In this document: piece after piece, positions 14,118 to 26,700 of the stretch
Position numbering within the stretch: position 1 is the stretch's first letter
How the letters are laid out: every line of letters starts with the position of its first letter
Source: Ascidiella aspersa
Lineage: Eukaryota
Reading direction: 5' to 3'
Assembly: GCA_963924565.1 (NCBI GenBank)
Contig: OZ004609.1
Span: 20,646,001-20,710,000, forward strand
DNA length: 64,000 bases
Made by a program: the position numbers and the translations under genes
Notes under the pieces: generated by a model
What the model saw: the letters and a program-made list of their open reading frames with translations, nothing else
Database searches by the model: none
Told to the model about the DNA's origin: nothing

Positions 14118-16375
14118 GTGAGTGGCTGGTTGGTGACTAGTTGTTTGCTTACACGTTGACCACTCTTTGATTTTAGATAGCTAAAAAACCTTGTGGCGTT
14201 ATGTTTTTAGTCAGTAATGTAGCATTTCTGCACGAGTGGGTTACTTTATTTGTAAGTAAAAAACATTTATTAAATGATGTTAGCATTCCTAAAATGTATA
14301 AAATGTTTTTTAACTTAGAAAATTTCCTAAACGAAAAAAACATTTGTGTTACGTAACTATACAGAGGAATATCTTCTGATATGCTTCATTTCGGTCGCTG
14401 TCTAAAGATGCTTTGCGATGTGTTTATGGATTCTAACCCCAAAAAGCATATTTGCCCGCAAAATCAAATAGAGCTTATTCATTCGCATTTTACACATGGC
14501 TATGTACTTATATAGTCAGCTCAAACCAGCCCCGCAAAGTGTTTTGTAGATTTTTGTCGATTTAAGTAGCAAATTATCTATCTAAAACTTCACTTTGTAA
14601 ACCAAATTATAAATGGAATATCAATATAGCCCATATGATCGGGTAAACCAACATCATCTTTTGTAAGACGTTTCGCTTTGTACTATTATGATCATCTTAG
14701 GCGTCTTCCTAAAGGTGATGTCGATTTACTGGACCTAGTTGGCTTTTCTATTCATATTTGAGGTATATTACAAATTTGTGCATGTGCGCAAGTTATAAAT
14801 TGCTTGTAAAAATCAGTTTTATGCAAAGTATGCGTTGCACGGTTTTTATTGCACTTTTATCCTACTAAACAACGCGAAGCAATCAAACAAAATTACTGCA
14901 AATTTAGTAAAAAAACTTTTTTTACGTCTCTAAAAAAGACGCGCAACATCACAGCCGTATCACATTTATAATGTTATAGACAAATTGTAAAAAACGCACG
15001 AAAGACACCTTTTAAGAATAGGTGTTATTAGTCACACTTTTAAGAGTTCAAAAAACAGCCTGCAAAAAATAACTTGTTATTTTGGTCGCAAAACCTCCAA
15101 AAATGCTGAAAAGCATTAAAGATTTATTTTCAAGCATTTCCTCAATCGACAAGCAAGAGCGGCGGATAAAGTTAATAGGCTATAAACTGTTTTGCAGGAA
15201 GAAGCCAGTTTAAAAGCCCAAAAAATTGACAATAAAAAACACATCCTAGTGTGAACCTATTACATTAAAGCGGATTTAATTCCAATTTTATTTTCAGTCT
15301 CAGCGCCTGCTTTGTTGTTAAAGTGGCCATCGTTTTTCGTTTCGTTTAGCTGTTGTTGTCATAAACCAAATCAAAACCATCACTCGGGTTGTTTGTTCAT
15401 GTGTGGCAGCAATTCGCCCAATTCAAAACAAAACCTTTAAATAAGGTGCGCAAGTGGACACTTTAGCGATCTGAACTTTCTTTTTTTTTAATTTTATTCT
15501 AGGCATTGCTGCCTAATTTCCATAAATTGTTAGGATATTTCTCAATGGCTTTATTAGCCATATGTTTGTCAAAAAGTAGTTTTATTTTGGTATTGAAATA
15601 GGGTTTTACATATTTTGACATAACTTTTCCAGTTAGTTTTAGTGGGTGGACCTTGTAAATGGGCTTAAGTGCCGACGAAGATGTTTTTTTCCTGTATTTC
15701 CTCAGCTCAGGTAGGTGATGTCAATGGTGCTATAATGTCAACAGTCAGACCATTTCAATGTAGTTTTACCTCCGTGCGTTACCGATAGCAGGTCCCATTT
15801 ATGTTTAATGAACAGGGGCACTAATTTGTACCTTTGTGCGCATTGAAATGCACTAAGTAGTCTCATTACGGCCATGAACTAATATACAGCATATTACGTT
15901 TAATGCATTTTGAGCGCTCTACGTAGTAAAGGTACATAGCCAACGGCTTATACACCACGGCAATGTATTTATTTATCGTTAGAATAACTTGATGGTTAAA
16001 TACAATGCAGCTTACAAGGAGAATCTAGGAGAAATTGGTAATAAAGGATTATAATCGTTGCTTAAACTGATTTTATAATAAGCAAGGAATTAAAAAAGTG
16101 TGTAAAATTGAAAAAAACTTGCGTTTAGATTAATATTTTAGATGTTTTCAGTTTAAGAGATATTTTGAAGAAAAATAAATTGAAAAACACACTGTTTTTG
16201 TCTTTTTGAGATAATCATTTTAGGATTACGTTGTGTCCTTCAGCGTCAAATATAAACTAAAAGCTGTAAATTTAATTAAATACCGTTTCTTAACTGAGTT
16301 TATATATGTTTGCACATTTCAGTAACGAATCTAAAACCCATGTTCGTGTTCAAACAATGCGTTAATTGTTTCTAG

Positions 16376-16474
16376 TCACAGAAAAGCAGCCAGCGGGCAG
16401 AGCAAGAGTTTTACCTGAGGGAACGTCAGCGTCTTTCCAACTTACCCAGGACGCCGACACTCTTCGAGGATCCA
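16376..16474 (+). CDS. Candidate alternative N-terminal exon A2 (SQKSSQRAEQEFYLRERQRLSNLPRTPTLFEDP)
   Basis: ttgtttctag| acceptor, |gtacgt donor, 99 nt, open in phase 0/0, GC-richer than its flanks. Confidence 0.55.
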
Positions 16475-18748
16475 GTACGTATAATCTAATACACATGGTG
16501 TCAATTCTAGAGTACTTAGTTTGATAGATGTGACTTAAATGCAATTTTGTAGTGTATAAGTTGTTTGAAAACAATGTTGATTTTGTCAACGCTGCTACTG
16601 GGTAATGCCAAAAGTTTAACGTTAGCAAAACTAAACTTGCCATAGAAGAGGTTATAACTGCAGGTTATGCGTCGCAACATTAATATTCCTGGGGCTAGAG
16701 TGCGGATTTAAAGTTAAAAATTGTATTCAAACCAGATCAAGTCAAGAGTTTATCAGCAGTTGTAGGCTATTCAACGTTAAATTTTTTTAAAACCCTTCAA
16801 AGGTTGGATGGTGACAATCATATTACTATATTCTTAAAAATATATTCTTGAAAAAAGAGTGCGCGAGCTCTACTATTAAGTTTCTATAGTAATTCTAATG
16901 GTCTTATGCTCCGCTTGCTTTAAATATTCATTTATCCTATTTTATGTTTGACATAAAAATACGCATATAGCAAAGTAACTAAAATGAATGATTAATGGCA
17001 AATTTGTGAGTTTCTGGGCTCTAATGAAAGGTGTTTTGATGCTCGGACCACTATTGATTTATATTTGCTCCGTTTGCGACCCATGAGTGTCACGTTTAGT
17101 CAAACTGACTCAGTTGATCGGTACCTACATTATGCACAAAGGGGTTAACTGAGTATATGCGACCAAGGTATATGTGACTTTTCCATGCGACAATATAGGC
17201 TAGCGCCAACGAGACTCAGACGTTTTTACCATTTTTGCGAGTGTAATGTTTTTGCAACATGTCCATTGTATTGCAAGTAACATATTTTGAAACAAGATAA
17301 ACACAAGAAATGCTTTACTGCATTATGCAACTTTACGTGGATCCTGTGAAGCCTATAACAGCTGAAGAGTCAATGGCACACAAAACATGTTTATCATAAC
17401 CATCTTAATAAATACCATAATACCGAGCAATGTGCAACTTTTTGTGTGTGCACAATGCGCGTCAGGTCTCCTTAACTTTTAAGTTTTAGCAATTTGATTA
17501 AAATAAAGGTTTTTCATTAGGTCGCTCGAGAAAAGCAAATATCTTACAAAATACTTGTATTTAAAACAATCTAGTTTGCTGATCATGTAATAAGGATCTC
17601 ACTAACATGCTTGCTTTGTGTAAGCCGAACTGTGTTTGGTTTCACCAACATAAATTTATACTTATTTTTTCATATTTAATATCTGATGGGGGAAAACTGT
17701 TAAAAGCCCATAGATCACAAGATAAAATAACCACTGCACTAGCCTAAATATGCGAAATGGGTTTCGTCTGTCTTGCAAGACACGCAGTGTACGCCAGTTA
17801 TTCCTCAGGGCAATGCGGGTACATTTATTGTGTCATGTCCTGGTTTTGGTTTCTGCGGAAAATCGTACAGAGATTCTTAACCTGTCTATACATCTTTCTT
17901 TACTTCCTGAAATTCATTTAAAAAACTTTTTAATCTCGTAAGATCACATACCACTGGTACTGCGTGGTAACACTACTTTTCCATAAATCCCATAACTATA
18001 AAAACACTTTCGCAACTATAAACACTTACGACTTTAACTATAAGGTTTCTCAACCTTGAGTTTACCAAACCGGTTTTACGAGTATATTTCCATGGAGATT
18101 TGGATGCAGTTTTAGTGTATTGCTTTATCCGTTGCAATATTTAGTATTGGTTGGGATATCTAAAAAAAAATTGAAAACCTTCGAATAAAAAACATTATAT
18201 CTATTAGGATAAAACCATTATTAGGATATACCGACGAGCCTGCTCTATTACTACTGCTTTGATTTGGAATTTTATATTGAATCCTTAAATATTATGTTGA
18301 AAGCTACTTTTTTTGCTCTTTTTATCAAACAAACTAGTTGCCGCTTATTTTGACCTATATATGTGAAAAAATATTACGAACTTGTTACGCAAAACAAAGT
18401 TCGTTAAAGAGGACTGAAAAACTCACGTATGGTTGAAAAACACTGGATGCTTGACCAACGTTTTTAGGAAATAGATACCTTTTTACTATGTGTAAACAAG
18501 GCAATTGTGGGTGGAATGACTTGTATTTTTAGTGACTGATAAAAACATAAATAATTGGTTTCGTTTCCGAAACTGTCGAAATGGATACTACAGTCTACCA
18601 ACAATTTCCTATGACGGAAAAAAATCAGTAAATAATTATTATTGTGCCGAGTAAAGGACAAATATTTGTATTATACATACTAGGCGGAGCCGTAAAAGAG
18701 ATAACAGGACATGAATGTGCCAGCAAATTTATTGTTTGCATTTCCCAG

Positions 18749-18890
18749 AACGAGGATCGATGGAGTGACGCGTTGTCGGAAAACGAGGCACCTAAGCGGC
18801 GATTTTTCAATCACAAGTGGTCGCCAGTGGGGAGTAGAGAACGAATATACTCGGACGACAGCATGCCATTTCGAATAGCCAGCAAGCGCA
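18749..18890 (+). CDS. Candidate alternative N-terminal exon A3 (NEDRWSDALSENEAPKRRFF...PFRIASKR)
   Basis: ttgcatttcccag| acceptor, |gtaagt donor, 142 nt, phase 0 in and phase 1 out, matching the phase-1 acceptor at 25092. Confidence 0.6.
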
Positions 18891-21800
18891 GTAAGTCAGT
18901 TCTCCTTCATTTCGATTTATTTCCATTAAAAGTTAATAATCTTGAAGATGGGCCTGGAATTACGAAGTTGGGAAAATGTGCACGGTCGAGCACTGAGATC
19001 CTTAATATACTCCCATCAGTGAAACCGAATGCATAGTGCTGTATTGTCACCGTTGTTTGCCATAGTGTATGTTTTGGCTTTCGAAACAGTATACCAACTA
19101 ACTAAAAACACGCTCGGGGATTACATATATTAATCAAACCAAACATACTATTGGTTTCTGTTATAGAAACGTTTGTTTGATTGGTTGTAAAGATGACCAC
19201 CATCTGATAAACAACGTAGTATAAACTATAGTACAAAGTTTAAGAACTGGGATACTTGTGTGTGTAGGTCGATAGGCCAATGAAAATGGAAGGATAATTC
19301 TTTCTCTCCTATTAATGTTTAAACTGTCCAAACAAACGATGGCGATTATATTAAGATAGTTGTAAAGATCACCGCTCAACTGAACATTGCACTTTTTCCT
19401 GAGCTGGGTCGAACACCTCAGCGTCGGTTTGCTGGCGGTTTCTAAACAAAGCAAAGCAGTTTACGGATCACTTAAGAGCGGTTTGTTGTGGAAATTTTCA
19501 CGTGTCAAGGAAGGTCGGGTGAGCGAATTCCGAGGCCCTCGTTGTCCTACAAAAAATTAATCAAGGATAACGGAAATGTTTAAAACTAATAAAGGGTAAA
19601 CCTGAATATGAAAATTACCTTTTTAAGCTGTAGTTGTTATCACAAAATCGTAGACCTTTAAAGACCATTTAGCGAACAATCGTCCTTTGTTATAACAAAA
19701 ATGATGACTATATGACTCTTAAACTGTTGAATACCGAAGCACCCTTAGTAGCCGCGAGTTGGGCGGCCCTATATAAACGATACGTGGTATTACCTGACAT
19801 TGGGCTATGCGAAAATCCACTTTGTCACATGAAAAGTGCTTTTCCATGCAAACTAAACGACTAGGGTCGTGTCAGGGTCCAGAACGCCATTATCACACTT
19901 AGCTCCGTAATAAGCAACGGCGCTCAAACAAAAGGAAAAAGCGTCCTGAATCAACATCGGGCAAGTTGGGAAATTGCTTAATTTCGCGCGCCGCTTCCCA
20001 TGGGCGCTAAGGTATCGATCTCAACGCGCGGCGATAGCCGATCCCCTCGATCAGGTTATTAGCGAAAAATGCAAGGCGATTAGCACGTCCGTGACAGCAC
20101 GAGTGCTCCCATCTCGTCTAGTTCGTGAGTGCATCTGCAGTTTGCACCGCGAGGGCCAACCTCAAATCGGGCTTGCCGAATGCAACGAAGCGTAAACTTG
20201 GATAAGCCAGAGGCTGGTGAGGCGTGCCCCGGGTGATATGTTGCACCCGGTGCCGACCCACAGAGGAGCCTTGTTAGAAAATAATCAACAAGAAGCATAC
20301 CTTGCGTATTTTAGCATTAGAAATATGAGACAGATTTCTATCCAAAGTTATCGATTGTAAGTGGTGTGCTTGCTGGTCACAGAAATATATCAAACGGCGT
20401 AATACAACGAGTCTGTGTATAGTCACGTTTAAAGCCGGTTGCGCCATATATGAATCGGAACGAGTAATAATTTATCTGCCACCGACGTATTTGCAGATTT
20501 TAGTCGAGGAATTTACTTCTCCGGTTGTTTAATCGCTTGTGTGCAACAGCTACCTTGGGATTTTCCAGGCGGAAATTAGCGGAAATAATTGAGTTTCACC
20601 CGGATAAATCCTTTAGAGTTTAGACAAAGTCAATGTTAACCTTGTTTCAGTAGCAATTAAGCGCCAGTTGAGCAAAGGTAACATCGACATGTTCTCGTTT
20701 ATGTGATAGGTAACTGTATATTTTGTGTTAAAGGGAATTTGTATTTAACTAGCTTAAAAAATATTTATGTTAAACTAAAAAGGTATATACCGTAGGGTTA
20801 AGACTAAAAAACACGAAAAACGTGTCTCGAAAAGTACAAGCGCGGTTTTAATTTTTTAAGGGGCGCGGGCCCTAAAAATATATTTTTGGTATGCGCTTGG
20901 ACTAGGGTCGGCATAAAATATGTCAGATAAAATAAGAAGACCTAGGAAACCCGCTGTGCTCGGTTAAACAAATGTGGAATTGAAATAGTCTAAATAAATA
21001 AAAGGACTAGGCGAAAAAGCGTTTTTTTTTCTATTAACTCTACATATTATTTAAAAATGTATTTCCGTTTCAAATATTAGACTAATCGTTTACATAGGCC
21101 TTGTTGGACCCTCTAACCCAGTTTAAGAACCCATGATATAGATAGAGTCTTACCCATGATATAGAGTCTAAACCCGAACAAGTGAAGGGTATACTGTTTT
21201 AATTTTAGTTACAGTCGTAATGGCCAGTGCATTTTGTTTTGCATAGATATGTATAGAATGGAACGAAAACAGCTACTTTTAGCAGTTTTTTATTGCCTAT
21301 ATGTGCTAGTAGCAAAGTTCGGGATTGTAACTTGCGTCGTTTATATTCCAAATCGAAGTACGCGTATACATATAATATATGTGTTAACATACGGCAACTT
21401 TTGTTTTGCAATAGAATTTATGTGGGATTTATTCTGTCCTGATTCAAGGGGTGTCCGTTCTTTACCGTGACCCCTTTTTCAACGCTATTCACCCCGAAAT
21501 TCACCCACGCTTAATCTTGGCTCGCCGTGTCAGTATAGAATGAGACCGAGGGTGTCGAAAACTGCCGTCGAAAGTTACTCGGGTGTGATTTTTCCTTCCG
21601 TTGCTTCTTCTCACATACTTAGCTATGTCGAGCGTGAAGCTTTTCGCCAATACTAGACAAGAAGTTTTTTTGTTATTTTGCGGTAAACTAGCGCCATGTT
21701 GCCGTGTCTAATTAATAAGACTATAATCTTTAACAGTCAAAGCAACACTAAAAAATAAAAAAATAAAACATGAAAAAGGTTGGGGTAAACACCTTTAAGG

Positions 21801-21934
21801 TCTTTATGACTAAAATGCCCTCACCATGTTACATTTTTGTAAAATTGTGGTTAACATTGTTATTCCAACAAACAGTCAAACAGCCGTAATAAATGTATCG
21901 TCGTATAAGTAAAGTAACTTTGTTCTACGTTCAA

Positions 21935-22288
21935 TAGTGATGTAATGACTTAAGTCAATGACTTGACTTGGCTTATGTCTTATAGACAAATGCCTTCGGT
22001 TAAATTATGTGTTTTCATTGGTTTATTAATTCTAATTTTGGACATAAAACAATTTGCTTGCCCTCTATTGCCTTTTCGGTATTTTTTAGTTAAGCTATTG
22101 CTCATAATCGGACAAGTTTAGCCAATTTTAATAGCTTAACGTGTAATTTTTATGACAAAAACTTTACTTTGAATTGACTTGCTTTAATTATGACTTCACT
22201 GGGTCTTGACGTGTTATTTATTCTTTACTTGGACTTATATTTTACAAATGACTTGACTGGGATTCAAAATGACTTGTTTACAACACCA
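21935..22288. mobile_element. Degenerate copy of the AAGTC/GACTT MITE (opposite orientation to the 7847 copy)
   Basis: TAGTGATGTAATGACTT...TTTACAACACCA; TSD ACGTTCAA on both sides. Confidence 0.8.
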
Positions 22289-23647
22289 ACGTTCAATAAC
22301 CAATTTTTTGTTTCTAATACACAAATATACGCCAGAATACATTGTGACAGTATATGCATACCAATGGCTTGCAAGAATAAACATTACTTTTCCGGCTTTA
22401 ATCGACGAAAACAATTACGATGCAAATTTAAGAGGCTTATGTTTTTTTACATGAAAGTTTGATTAACTAAGAATTATGCATTCCACTTTCAAACGAGTAA
22501 TCTAAACGCATTATTATAACATATGGCTTTGTATAGTACATCTGTAGCCCAGGCCTGTATTTAGCTATAGGCTACTCAGATTAACGTTGTATAGATGTTC
22601 TTCATCCCACTCGAGCAATCGAACATGCTTTCGTTTTACAGCAGAATCACTCAGCCTGATGAAATAGCGACAATAATAATAGATTGATTTTACAACTATA
22701 TCGGTTGATACTGTGAGCAATACCGCTTATATCAACGTACAACTATACTTTTTGTGTTCCACAAGGCAACTCTAGGTCAAAATGTCAATGGCAGTAAAGT
22801 CTAGGACAAACTATCATACAGCTCGTCTGTGTGTACTGAGTTAACGTCTAATCCGACATCAAACGAACGTTGCTGAAAAAGCGTCAAAGCACACCAAAAT
22901 TGTTTATTATTATGTCCTTCTACGAGGTTCGGCGCGAATATCCTCTTTGGAAATTGGACCTTCTCATTAACTATGTGTTCGGTACGTATGTAGCTGCATG
23001 CAGGTAACTCCGCTTCAAACAAGTCGAGGCACTCAAGAGGAGGTTATGTCATTTTTTAATCACACTCGTTGTAAAGATTAAACATATTTTGTAGTACCTT
23101 AGACAAGATACATTATACTTATAAGGCAACAATGAAACCCCTAATACTGACTTTAATATGATGGGGTCATCTTTGATTTTAACGAAGTGTAAACAGTGAA
23201 CATCAACAGTTTTGTGGTCATCGCAGATAAAGCCAACTCTGTCATTATAAACAATGTCCTTTCCAGTGCAGCATTTTGTTGTTTTTTTCGGAGCCGAGGC
23301 AATATTTTGATTGACTAATATATTGCATCTCTTAAGCGTGTTGCCAATCAGACTTACATATCGCGCTAAATGATAGACACATTGTGCGCACCGTTTAGAT
23401 CCCGTCATGGCGATACTCGATATCGAGAGGATTGCAGTGGCGCTAATTTCCCTGCGGGCATCAAACTTCGCAAACATAATATCACACATTTCATCTATAA
23501 CCTTACTACAGCGACTGGTGTTCGAGCGGCAGTAACGGCTCTTCGTTGGCCAGGCGGCTTAGTTTCGTTTTGTATACAAAAAAAATGCCTTTTGAGGACG
23601 TAGGATAGCAAGTGCATGTAGGTGAGCGTAACTGACACTGTTGCAAA

Positions 23648-23753
23648 ATGTCGTCGACGCCCGACATGTTAGACAAGCGGAATTTTAGGTTCTATATCGA
23701 GAAGCTTAACGAGGAATACCGAACGAAATGCAGGGAGAAGGCACAATCAGAGT
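23648..23753 (+). CDS. Nav exon 1 ([35 protein letters not shown])
   Basis: aaaATG start; NFRFY..L resembles the Nav N-terminal FRxFT.ESL helix; t|gtaagt donor, phase 1. Confidence 0.75.
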
Positions 23754-26700
23754 GTAAGTTCACGACAAGAGCCGTACAAGTCACTCGGCGTGCCGTGCGT
23801 ATTTCACACCCTTTACAGTTTCACGTTAGTGTTGTTATGTCCCCCTTTTTGCCGCAAAGCACGAAATTTGTGGCAGCCACGCATTCCACGCATGCTGTTA
23901 AATGAGCGTCGCTCGAGTGAGGTCCTTGTTATGTGCATACAAGATTATACGTTGATCGTGCGGATCACATGGCCGCAAGTGCACTTACTGTTGTTCGCTC
24001 TTTTCTTCCGTGAATGCTACTGGTCTATAGACTGCATATTTCGTTAAAACTGCGCGATTTTCCAAATAGTCTTTCACGAATGCAGAAATATGTGTTTGCA
24101 GTCTTTCTTGTTGGATTTAATACTTGAATTTATTATATTAAAGTAATTACGGTAGGCTACGAACCAAGCTATATTTAGCAAGCAACGTTTAAATAATGTA
24201 TTTCCTTAACCTATTACAACACCGTTAGAAACACTTTTAGCCTAAAATTTTGACAAAACTCTTTTGCAGCAAACAATGGTTCCTTACTCTTCGTTTTTAT
24301 TTCGCTGAAATTATACCTTTCACTCTTTCTGTGGTGTGCTATAGCTTTGACATATGTTTGTTGTTTTTTATTATTTCGTTGACAGTAACGATTTTAGAGA
24401 TATATTTATCTAGGAGTATATTGTAACGTTTCTTGTGTGCACAACCGCTTTAAACTTGCAAGCAATTGCATAATGTTATGCATATTATTATTAACTGTGT
24501 TTTGCTGTGTTACACCCCCAAACATTTTATCGCCGCGCAAGAGGTTTTAATAATTATATTCACACAAATAAACTTGAGGCGTAATGCTTTACATTTGTAT
24601 ACATCGAAAAAAACACGATGATTTAATATATATCCACGTGGTGGAGCTAATAAGTTGTGGAATTTAGGAAACCTCGCAAAACGGCGCATGACATGTGGTG
24701 AACATCCCTTATCTAAGTACTTGAAAACAGAGTTGTTTCAAATGTTTAGCTGTAATAAAAATACATATCCTTCTAGCCTTTGAATGTTTAACGCTTTGTT
24801 CTTTACTTGAACCACCACCTATTAATATTATGTGCATAGTACTTCTATTTTTCTTATTCATATTCAACCCGTTCGTCATAAAATTGAAGTACACTATTGC
24901 ATGACTGTGGAAAGTCATATACGTGGAACGCAGCAAACCGAAGTGTATATGCAAATGCCGAAATCAGACTTTTGTGTGCTGGGTGGCACGTACAGCACAA
25001 CAGCTTAGGCCTATACGTTTTGAGTTAAAAATGCTTGCTTTGATATAAATATTGGCGTTTCCTTATCCAAGTCTTGTATGTTTTTCGGCAGTGACCGATC
25101 GACGCAATGCCCTGGGACGCGCATCGGAACGAAAGTCCCTCATGCAGGGGATCCTTAGCGTGGCAGGTGGGGGGGAGAAGCCGCCATCGTCCGAACTCAA
25201 GCAGGGAAAGCACCTACCGGAGTATCTGGGGCAGCGGGACCCGGTCTACGAGTTTCCCGAGTGCGCACACAAGCCCTTGAAGGAACCCGACGAGTACTAC
25301 ATGAAAAAGGTGTGTGTATATGCTATAGTTTAATTTAAAAGCTTAACGTAAAGTTTGCAAATCAACAGGCGGGGTATTGAAACAATTTTGATAAATATTT
25401 AAAAGCCATGAACGTTCTGTACATCAAAATATTGTTCTGTTTCAAACTTTATTTTAAACTGATTAAAGTATGAGTTATTGACAAAAACGTTTTTTATATC
25501 GTTATGTAAAGTATAGTATAACATATGCGCAAGTGGTTAACATTTTCCAAAATGTAAAACAGCCCAGACCTGATGTTGTATAACAACAAGCTAACAAATA
25601 CCGAGTTTAATCTGCTAGTAAACTCAATGGATTCGCATCTTTGCGGGCCACCAAGTCAGCAACTCTTATCATTGTCAGAGAATTTCTTACTTCAAGGCAA
25701 CAAGTCTATTTGTAAGGGTAGCGCAAAACTGTTCTGCGTACTTCAAATCTGCCTGGCTGTAGAGGTTTCCATCACAAAGAAAGTTACTATAGTATTTTAT
25801 AAAGATCCTCCCCGAAAAATCTAAAAACCGCAAAACGGTCCGCAGTGTTGTAATGACTTGAGTCAATGATTTGACTTAAGTGCACTTAAGTCAGTGTTCT
25901 CAAATGAAATGACATGACTTTGGTCTTTTGGACAAATGGCTTGACTTGGACTTAAGTCTTTTTGCCAAAAACTTAAGTTCAAATCAAGTGTTTTATTTAA
26001 ATGTTTTTTATTAAAATAATAAAAAATTGAGCTATTTATCTAGTAATTTGCTTGCTTGTTATTTCGATTTTGTTATTTTTACTTTTAGTGAATTTGACTT
26101 GCTCGCTTAATGACTTGACAGGGACTTGACTTGTTGTTTTTGCTTGTATTGGACTTAAGTTAATTTACAAATGACTTGACTTTAGACCTATAATGACTTG
26201 TTTACAACACTGAGCGATTTGCCATCTTTCATTGGCGACAAAATAAAACTTGTTAGAATTTTTTACTTGTGGACCTGTCTTAAAATTGTAAAGAAAACAC
26301 TAACGCATAATATAGTTTCGAGTCGACTGCAGTACACTATACAACACCGATCCGATCTACACACAGGGCGCGAGAAATACAAAACCGTCCAACACTAAAA
26401 TGATATAGTAATAGCTGACTGGCAATGACGCATTAAACATTGAAAACACGCTATGTTTTAAAAGCAGATTAAACGTGGAATCCAATGTAAAAAAAGACAA
26501 AAGGAAGTGTCAACATAACGAATAAACGAAAATCAGTGATGCTGCGATAAAAGGCTAAGTTGGCGTCACCAGTGTTTGATTGAGACACGCTAAAGACCAA
26601 ACCACAATTGCTGACCCGGAAATTGAAAGGAAATTTAAAAATCTCGCAGACGGAATTTACAGTCGCTTTCCCACACTTTGTCTCCAGCCTGAATTCGATT

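Noticed and set aside
19974-20300. GC-rich block with ATG GGC GCT AAG|gtatcg as another possible first exon
   Set aside because: Weak evidence; its phase does not match exon 2 and I could not link it confidently.
23049-23489. 146-aa minus-strand ORF head-to-head with Nav exon 1
   Set aside because: No recognisable domain, AT-rich composition and no supporting exon chain; probably a chance ORF in the promoter region.
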